DNA of 24,631 nucleotides from contig CAIWXP010000013.1 in the NCBI GenBank assembly GCA_903916665.1, positions 1 through 24,631 of the forward strand, read 5' to 3'. Every line of letters starts with the position of its first letter. The stretch's first letter is position 1. Positions 8,522 to 14,387 of this stretch are shown here, one piece after another. The DNA is from Candidatus Iainarchaeum sp. (lineage in GTDB: Archaea; Iainarchaeota; Iainarchaeia; Iainarchaeales; 0-14-0-20-30-16). Below the pieces are notes generated by a model that saw only the letters and a list, made by a program, of their open reading frames with translations, did no database searches and had not been told where the DNA came from. A program made the position numbers and the translations under genes.

Positions 8522-8914
8522 TTATTTCTTTTTTGCGATTTCACTTATTTCTTCTAAAGGAGTAATTAGATTTTTTTCAACATCATTAATCAATGCTTTC
8601 AAAGGACTAATATAGATACAATAAACTTCGTCTTTCAATTCTTGTTTTTCTTCTAAATTACAAAGTTCATTTATTATTGCTCCAAAACCAGAAATAGTTT
8701 TTCCTGATCCTGTTGGCGCAGTTACTAAAGTATTTTTACCTAGGTGAATTGCAGGTATTGATAATCTTTGAGGGGGTGTTAACTTCTTGAAACCTGTTTC
8801 AAACCATTCTCTAACGTAAGGTCTTAAGATAGCAAATACTTCTTTGTCCTCAGGAGCCTTATCGCTGGTAATATACTTAATCATAAAATCACAACATAAA
8901 CATGAATTAATCAA
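8522..8914 (-). CDS. lhr: Lhr-family helicase, N-terminal fragment (Q-motif and Walker A), ending at an in-frame TAA
   Basis: VREWFETGFKKLTPPQRLSIPAIHLGKNTLVTAPTGSGKT ... YISPLKALINDV is the canonical Lhr N-terminus. The likely true start is the second ATG (MIKYI..., 8884). Confidence 0.85.
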   Translation of the reverse strand: MINSCLCCDFMIKYITSDKAPEDKEVFAILRPYVREWFETGFKKLTPPQRLSIPAIHLGKNTLVTAPTGSGKTISGFGAIINELCNLEEKQELKDEVYCIYISPLKALINDVEKNLITPLEEISEIAKKK

Positions 8915-8982
8915 AACAATTAAAAATAATGAAAAAGGACAAATCTGCCTATAAAATAAGAATTAGATATATAATATATATA

Positions 8983-8999
8983 GGAAAAAGAATAAAAAC
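8983..8999 (-). terminator. Oligo-T tract (minus strand TGTTTTTATTCTTTTTC) downstream of the 9065-13354 cluster; candidate archaeal terminator
   Basis: T-runs on the coding strand begin about 65 nt after the stop of the 402-aa gene. An AT-alternating TATA-like stretch (8965-8982) follows and could drive lhr. Confidence 0.3.
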
Positions 9000-9064
9000 A
9001 GATTATTAAAATTCGACCTTTGTGAAGAAGTTCTGATACTTTATCTAACTTTTGAACAAAATGA

Positions 9065-10273
9065 CTATTCTATTTGATGATCATCGTAGTTTAGAATTCT
9101 ACCTGCGTCTTCAGATCTATTTTCAGCAGTATAATATTGTGATAGCTTTTGAGACACTCTCGCAAAACCAGCCATATCTTTATGTAATCTATATTGTTCT
9201 CTAGCAAAAAGATATGTTGATTCCAATTCTCTTTTAAAATCAACTAGGGATAATCCAAATGCAGTATAATGATCCCAACCATCCTGGTTTTTTTTTAATT
9301 TATATTTTTTCTCATTATGACTCATATCTGGAACATAGGTATTTTTAATAAATAATGAATCTACGGACTCTGGATAATATTTTGAATATTGATCTCCAGC
9401 GATTTCAAATAAATCTGCAAAATTATTATTATCACCAATTAATGTTGATTTTAAACTATTAATAAATTCTCTAAAACCCATAAAAAATACATAAGCCTCT
9501 ACCGTTTCTTTTATTTGACTCATTTTCCCAGACCTATCTATACTATTATAATTATAGGAAATCGGTTTTTTATATTCTGTAGGATAACTTAAAATTAAAT
9601 ATTTAAAAAAATCATTAAATATGGACTCGCCTAATGATCCACCAAATCTACTACAATAGTCTTTAACAAAATGTATAAAATCAGAGAAATCTGGTAAAAT
9701 TAAACTTTTCTGTTTCCATTTCTGGTCAACTGTTCTAATATCAAATGATCCTGAAATATTATCGACAGAAAAATGTAAAGACAATATGGAACGCACCATA
9801 TTTTTTAAAAAACTATTTCGTTCAAAAATTTCTTTGGGGCTGCTACCAAATTCAAAGCACTTTAAAAAAAGATATTTTAATGCAAATGATTGAACTTTTG
9901 AAGTATAATTTGTATTTACAGAATTTCTAGAATCTAAATATTTTTGTATTATGATTTCAAATCTTTTTGTTCTCCAAAAATCCTCAAATTCAAAAAATAT
10001 AGAATCATTCCCTGACTCCAACGCATTATCAAACAATCCAAAAAAATGATTTTCTATAATTTCTGAATCTTTCTTCGGATCTCCAACTAATAATGATCTA
10101 TCAAATCCCTTAGGTAAATAATCACTATGAGCTTCTTCACGAGATTGATCTGCAGCAATTCTTTTAGCTAATTCAAATTGCCTTAAACGATTTTTTAATT
10201 TTAATTCTTGATTAAAATTACGCCGTTTTCTTAATGCCTCTACTAATCTTTTAAATGTTGGTTTTTCAGCCAT
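9065..10273 (-). CDS. Hypothetical 402-aa protein, last gene of the GHKL-swivel cluster
   Basis: Long uninterrupted ORF that starts 17 nt after the upstream gene. It has a basic N-terminus (KRLVEALRKRRNFNQELKLKNRLRQ) and looks mostly helical. No motif recognised. Confidence 0.7.
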   Translation of the reverse strand: MAEKPTFKRLVEALRKRRNFNQELKLKNRLRQFELAKRIAADQSREEAHSDYLPKGFDRSLLVGDPKKDSEIIENHFFGLFDNALESGNDSIFFEFEDFWRTKRFEIIIQKYLDSRNSVNTNYTSKVQSFALKYLFLKCFEFGSSPKEIFERNSFLKNMVRSILSLHFSVDNISGSFDIRTVDQKWKQKSLILPDFSDFIHFVKDYCSRFGGSLGESIFNDFFKYLILSYPTEYKKPISYNYNSIDRSGKMSQIKETVEAYVFFMGFREFINSLKSTLIGDNNNFADLFEIAGDQYSKYYPESVDSLFIKNTYVPDMSHNEKKYKLKKNQDGWDHYTAFGLSLVDFKRELESTYLFAREQYRLHKDMAGFARVSQKLSQYYTAENRSEDAGRILNYDDHQIE

Positions 10274-10290
10274 AGTTTCACATTTTAATT

Positions 10291-11409
10291 TTATAATTTC
10301 TTTATATCATAGGGTGTTAGATCTTGAGTCATAACTTGTATTTTTAAGTTATTTGGTAAATGCCAAACTATATCTTTAAATACTGCTGCATGACCTGATT
10401 CATATTCATCTAATTTTAATATTTTTGCAATTTCACCATGTATTTTTCCAAACCAAAATGGAATTAATTGTGGATCTATTTCACCAAAAATATCTTTTGC
10501 TTCAATAAATTGTCTAGACATACCATAAACAGCAATAAATTCAGTATATTCTTTTTTAGACAATTTTTTCTTTGCTAATTTAACAATTTTTTCTAATCTT
10601 ACTTTCATTGATTCAAATCTTTGTTGTAAATCTAATGATTTTTGTCTAAATTGAATACTATGAATTACAACATTATAGACCATTAAATTATCGCCTCTAA
10701 CTTTAGCACCATGAAATGGCAATAATTTCATTACTTCTTGATATAATTTATTATCTTTATGTGATTCTAATTCTATAAGTAATTTCTCAATAATTGCATA
10801 ACTATCATCGTATTTTTCCACTGCAACTTTTGCTTTTATATCATCAGAATATTTCTTTAATGTTTTATTTGAAATCATTAAATCATATAACTTAATTCCT
10901 TTCAAAACACTCTTCAAATATAAATCAGCATAGTCACTTTGCAATAAATCTCTTTCCAATTGTAAAACTGATTTATCTTTTTCATCCAGATCTTCCCATA
11001 CAGATACTTTTTCGGCATATTCTCTAACTTTTGAAACATAATAATCATGTAAAGGCCCATCACAAAATAAATAATTTATAATCCAAAATCTATAGCAAAA
11101 TAATTTATGCAGTCTTTGATCGATATCAATTAAAAAATCTAAGTCTTTTTTCTTACAATTATCATAATCTTTTTTTATCTTCTCAAATCCTTGAAACAAA
11201 TCTTTTTGTAAATCAAAACAAGTTTGTCTAAATTTTACAGGATTATTATGAAGTTGTTTTACTAATTTTGTGTAATATTCTTTTATTGGTGGAAACTTTT
11301 TAGGATAATAAACTGTAAAATCTTCAACATCATTAGGTAAAACTTTTGGAAATCTAAATAAATGTTCTATTTCATTCCCCATCATATACCACCCCATTAT
11401 AGGCATCAA
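10291..11409 (-). CDS. Hypothetical 372-aa helical protein, third gene of the GHKL-swivel cluster
   Basis: Long ORF whose 5' end overlaps the GHKL gene stop (11372-11374). The real start is probably one of the internal Met codons (MMGNEIEHL, about 11385/11382), leaving an overlap of about 11-14 nt. No family recognised. Confidence 0.7.
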   Translation of the reverse strand: MMPIMGWYMMGNEIEHLFRFPKVLPNDVEDFTVYYPKKFPPIKEYYTKLVKQLHNNPVKFRQTCFDLQKDLFQGFEKIKKDYDNCKKKDLDFLIDIDQRLHKLFCYRFWIINYLFCDGPLHDYYVSKVREYAEKVSVWEDLDEKDKSVLQLERDLLQSDYADLYLKSVLKGIKLYDLMISNKTLKKYSDDIKAKVAVEKYDDSYAIIEKLLIELESHKDNKLYQEVMKLLPFHGAKVRGDNLMVYNVVIHSIQFRQKSLDLQQRFESMKVRLEKIVKLAKKKLSKKEYTEFIAVYGMSRQFIEAKDIFGEIDPQLIPFWFGKIHGEIAKILKLDEYESGHAAVFKDIVWHLPNNLKIQVMTQDLTPYDIKKL

Positions 11410-12631
11410 CTATTATTTTTTGACCATCTCTAATTCGTTCTGTTGCATTTCTAGTTCCAACTATTGCTGGAATTCCAAATTCTCTTGCAACTATTGCTGC
11501 GTGACATAAAGCCCCACCTTGATCAGTAACAATTGCACTAGCTCTTTGTATTTGTAAAATAAATTGAGGTCTAGTCATACCAGTTACAATTATGCTTCCT
11601 GGTTTTATTCGATCTAATTCTTTAATTGGTGTTTCAGGCCACAAATCAATTACTACCGCAATACCTTCAACTCGTCCCCCACTTGCCGGCAAACCAGAAA
11701 CTATTTTTTGCAATTTAGTATCAAAATCTTTCATGTAATCAATTAATTTCTTTTTCACTTCTTTAAACTCTTTTGATTCTCTAATCCAATCTCTTTTATT
11801 ATGAGTTACAGGAACATGATCCATATGTAATTCACCAATAATCTGTTTATCTTTTTGAGATGAACTAATTGCAAATTTATCGAACGTACTAATTAATCTA
11901 TTCAATCTATAGGTATTAAAACCGAAATAATCCCCCATAGTATCTTTCATTTTAAAACCATACCAACCAGTAACTTTATTTCCAGAAGGCAATTTAATAT
12001 TTATATTGTGTTTCCCTTCAACTGTTAAATTTATAATATATGGTTTACATAATTTATTATTTACTTTTATTTCAACTAAATTATTTTCTAAAAAAGGAGC
12101 AAATCTTTTTGAAAATTCTTCCATTAATCTTGCAACTTCTTTTTCTTCTGTATTAATTCGTAAATTATTTACTTTAATTATTGTTCCAGTAAATAATTTT
12201 GTTTTTTTAACTAATTGCATAGGATATTTTGTCCAAGATCCTGAATCTAACCATTTCTTTTCTGAATATTCAATAAAATATGCAAATTTATCTTTTTCTG
12301 TAGAAGTGTAAATACTAAACTTTTCACCCATACTTGAACAGGCAGTTTTTAATCCTAAACCAAACATTCCCAAAAGTTTTTTCTTTTTAGAAAAACCTAA
12401 TCTTATTGAACTGGCAGCATCTTCTTTAGACATACCAAAACCATTATCTTCAATAACAATTTCTTTTCCAATTGATATTTTTATATTTAATTTTTTGCCT
12501 TCAACTCTAGCATCAATTGAATTATCAACTAATTCTGCAATTGCTTCTGTTAATGAATATCCACTGTTACCCAATTTTAACATTATAGATCTGTGTGGTG
12601 TAATATCAATATACTCTGTCTTTCCAATCAA
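11372..12631 (-). CDS. MORC/Hsp90-type GHKL (Bergerat-fold) ATPase fused to a C-terminal PEP-utilizer mobile ('swivel') phosphohistidine domain
   Basis: GHKL N-box EAIAELVDNSIDA (Asn37), G1 box IEDNGFGM and G2 box GMFGLGLK, then a prokaryotic MORC-like middle region (GFNTYRLNRLI...IIGELHMDHVPVTHNKRDW). The C-terminal approx. 100 aa (GRVEGIAVVI...PGSIIVTGMTRPQFILQIQRASAIVTDQGGALCHAAIVAREFGIPAIVGTRNATERIRDGQKIIVDAYNGVVY) is a textbook PEP-utilizer mobile domain with the phospho-acceptor His retained (His377, codon 11501-11503). Confidence 0.8.
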   Translation of the reverse strand: MIGKTEYIDITPHRSIMLKLGNSGYSLTEAIAELVDNSIDARVEGKKLNIKISIGKEIVIEDNGFGMSKEDAASSIRLGFSKKKKLLGMFGLGLKTACSSMGEKFSIYTSTEKDKFAYFIEYSEKKWLDSGSWTKYPMQLVKKTKLFTGTIIKVNNLRINTEEKEVARLMEEFSKRFAPFLENNLVEIKVNNKLCKPYIINLTVEGKHNINIKLPSGNKVTGWYGFKMKDTMGDYFGFNTYRLNRLISTFDKFAISSSQKDKQIIGELHMDHVPVTHNKRDWIRESKEFKEVKKKLIDYMKDFDTKLQKIVSGLPASGGRVEGIAVVIDLWPETPIKELDRIKPGSIIVTGMTRPQFILQIQRASAIVTDQGGALCHAAIVAREFGIPAIVGTRNATERIRDGQKIIVDAYNGVVYDGE

Positions 12632-12637
12632 AATAAT

Positions 12638-13354
12638 TCACCTCAATCTCATTGGTTTTATTTTTGGTTTATTATTACCTAGTTCACCAATTCTAAATTT
12701 TTTTTCCATTCTTGGTGCGCCAATTACAAAAGGCATAGTTCTAGATCGCCTAATTTCTGGATGGTTTTGTGCCAACTTCATTGCCAATAGTTTTCCAACT
12801 CTACTAGCTTCTTCAACTAAAAAATATGTTGCTTTAGGACTTGGTTTTGTTTCTGTTTCTTTTAATGATCCTCTTTTGAATTTTGTAGGTTTATCTACTC
12901 TTGAAAATGGGCCTCTAATAGTTGCTCCCTTTTCTGATAATTTTGTATCTAATAAAAAATCTCTGACAATTCTTATTTTTCCTGCATGATCTGGAAATTT
13001 TTCTCTCAACGCAGTTTCAACAGCAGGGTCAACAGCAAAAATAATATCTGATTGCGCCAATAAATCAGCAGTTATTGGTTTACTAAATCGTCTAGTGTAT
13101 ATTTGTCCAAAAACTTCTCCTTTCTTTCTCAAATATTCATCCCTAGCAACAATCATTCTATCTCTAACTTCATCATAAAAACGAGGCATTCCTTGTTCTC
13201 TAGCCCATTCTTCGTTTAAAGCAATAACTTTATCTTTAAAACCAGCACTATCAACGTGAACATCTAAATTCAATGCTCTAGCATATTGCTCTAAAAAATG
13301 CGCAATAGTTAAACTTCTTTTTACATTTTCAGCACAAACTACCAAAACATTCAT
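12638..13354 (-). CDS. Divergent low-molecular-weight protein-tyrosine-phosphatase/ArsC-fold protein with a basic C-terminal extension
   Basis: N-terminal P-loop VLVVCAENVKRS (C-X5-R-S; Cys7 codon 13334-13336), VDSAG, and SDIIFAVD...FPDHAGKIRIV. The usual D-P-Y acid loop position reads G-P-F. An extra Lys/Arg-rich tail of about 85 aa follows. Confidence 0.6.
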   Translation of the reverse strand: MNVLVVCAENVKRSLTIAHFLEQYARALNLDVHVDSAGFKDKVIALNEEWAREQGMPRFYDEVRDRMIVARDEYLRKKGEVFGQIYTRRFSKPITADLLAQSDIIFAVDPAVETALREKFPDHAGKIRIVRDFLLDTKLSEKGATIRGPFSRVDKPTKFKRGSLKETETKPSPKATYFLVEEASRVGKLLAMKLAQNHPEIRRSRTMPFVIGAPRMEKKFRIGELGNNKPKIKPMRLR

Positions 13355-13364
13355 TGTATCCCCA

Positions 13365-14276
13365 TTAATCTTTCAACTTATAAGTCTTTAATTCTTCGCC
13401 GAGTTCAGCATCAGGATAGGTAGATTGAACTTCGTGTAATAAAGCATTCAAATCTGTGTATCTTGCACTGAAATTAAAAATTATTAACTTTTTTACTTTT
13501 GCGTTCTTTGCAACTTTACCAACATTATCTGTTACACTGTGAAAATTCTTTCTTGCCAACGCAATATCTTTTTTCATAAACATAGCTTCATGAAATAAAA
13601 CATCAACATTTTCTAAGAAAGTATCATAATCTTTATCAAAACAATCAACAACATAGCCCAGAGATTTTCCGTGTTTTATACTATCTAAATCCATTACATC
13701 TTTAGGATGAATTTTCTTTCCTTTAAATTCAATTGTTTTTCCATCCTGCAATTGTGAATACATTGGACCTTCTGGAATACCCAATGCAACAGCTTTAGCT
13801 TTTAAAAATTTTCCAACTTTATCTTTTTCTTTGAAAACAAAAGCATAGGTCTCTAACAAATGTTTAACTCTTCTTGCAAACACTTGATATTCTTTTGTAT
13901 CACAAACCAAACCATTTGATAACTCTTGATATTTAATAGGATAAACTGTTTGTATTTCATATATTTCCAATAATTTAGTTATTCTTTGTTCTACTCCTCT
14001 CGGACCATAGATAACAACAGGATCCTCTCTTTTATGCAAAGACATTGTTGCCAATAAACCTGGCAAACCTAAGAAATGATCAGCATGAAAATGAGATATG
14101 AAAATTTTATCAATTTCCATATTACTTACTTTAGAACGCATTAACTGTTGTTGAACACCTTCACCAGCATCAAAAAGAATAACTTCGCCATCAAATTTAA
14201 CTGCTAAACAGCTATGATTTCTATCTTTTAAAGGTATTGAACTACTTATACCCAATAATGTTGCTTGAAATACCAT
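13365..14276 (-). CDS. rnz: Ribonuclease Z (tRNA 3' endonuclease, metallo-beta-lactamase fold)
   Basis: 303 aa with the HxHxDH motif ISHFHADHFLGLPGLL, N-terminal LGISSSIP...RNHSCLAV, and a typical short-form RNase Z length. Confidence 0.85.
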   Translation of the reverse strand: MVFQATLLGISSSIPLKDRNHSCLAVKFDGEVILFDAGEGVQQQLMRSKVSNMEIDKIFISHFHADHFLGLPGLLATMSLHKREDPVVIYGPRGVEQRITKLLEIYEIQTVYPIKYQELSNGLVCDTKEYQVFARRVKHLLETYAFVFKEKDKVGKFLKAKAVALGIPEGPMYSQLQDGKTIEFKGKKIHPKDVMDLDSIKHGKSLGYVVDCFDKDYDTFLENVDVLFHEAMFMKKDIALARKNFHSVTDNVGKVAKNAKVKKLIIFNFSARYTDLNALLHEVQSTYPDAELGEELKTYKLKD

Positions 14277-14387
14277 AATAATCTTATATAATATATGCTA
14301 TGATATTTATATATTATTATAGTATATATCAATATACAAAATTTACTGTCTAATGGGCAGATTATATATTTGAAGGATTGATTTAAT
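14277..14387. promoter_or_regulatory. Divergent promoter region between rnz (minus) and PIN-cca (plus), with several TATA-like boxes
   Basis: A 111-nt, almost pure A/T intergenic region (CTTATATAATATATG, TTTATATATTATTATAGTATATATC) sits between two divergently oriented start codons. Confidence 0.4.

Noticed and set aside
8522-8524. TAA reassignment (alternative genetic code) as the explanation for the in-frame stop in lhr
   Set aside because: TAA, TAG and TGA all terminate well-supported genes at conserved C-termini throughout the window (for example purF, cdc6, rpl10e and the pilin cassette). A code change is therefore unlikely; mutation, sequencing error or a split gene are better explanations.
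9745-9930. 61-aa plus-strand ORF inside the 402-aa gene
   Set aside because: It is an antisense shadow ORF with no motif and no ribosome-binding site. The opposite-strand ORF is far longer.
11372-11409. The 38-nt overlap between the GHKL-swivel gene and the 372-aa ORF, considered as a programmed frameshift or fusion
   Set aside because: The swivel domain ends naturally (…VVYDGE-stop). The overlap shrinks to about 11-14 nt if the downstream gene starts at its internal Met codons, so ordinary translational coupling suffices.
12006-12989. Two plus-strand ORFs (12006-12311, 101 aa; 12495-12989, 164 aa) opposite the GHKL-swivel and phosphatase genes
   Set aside because: The minus-strand genes carry unambiguous GHKL, PEP-utilizer and Cys-X5-Arg motifs. 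The plus-strand translations are hydrophobic and low-complexity (Phe/Ile/Leu/Ser), typical of antisense frames of Lys/Glu/Asn-rich genes.
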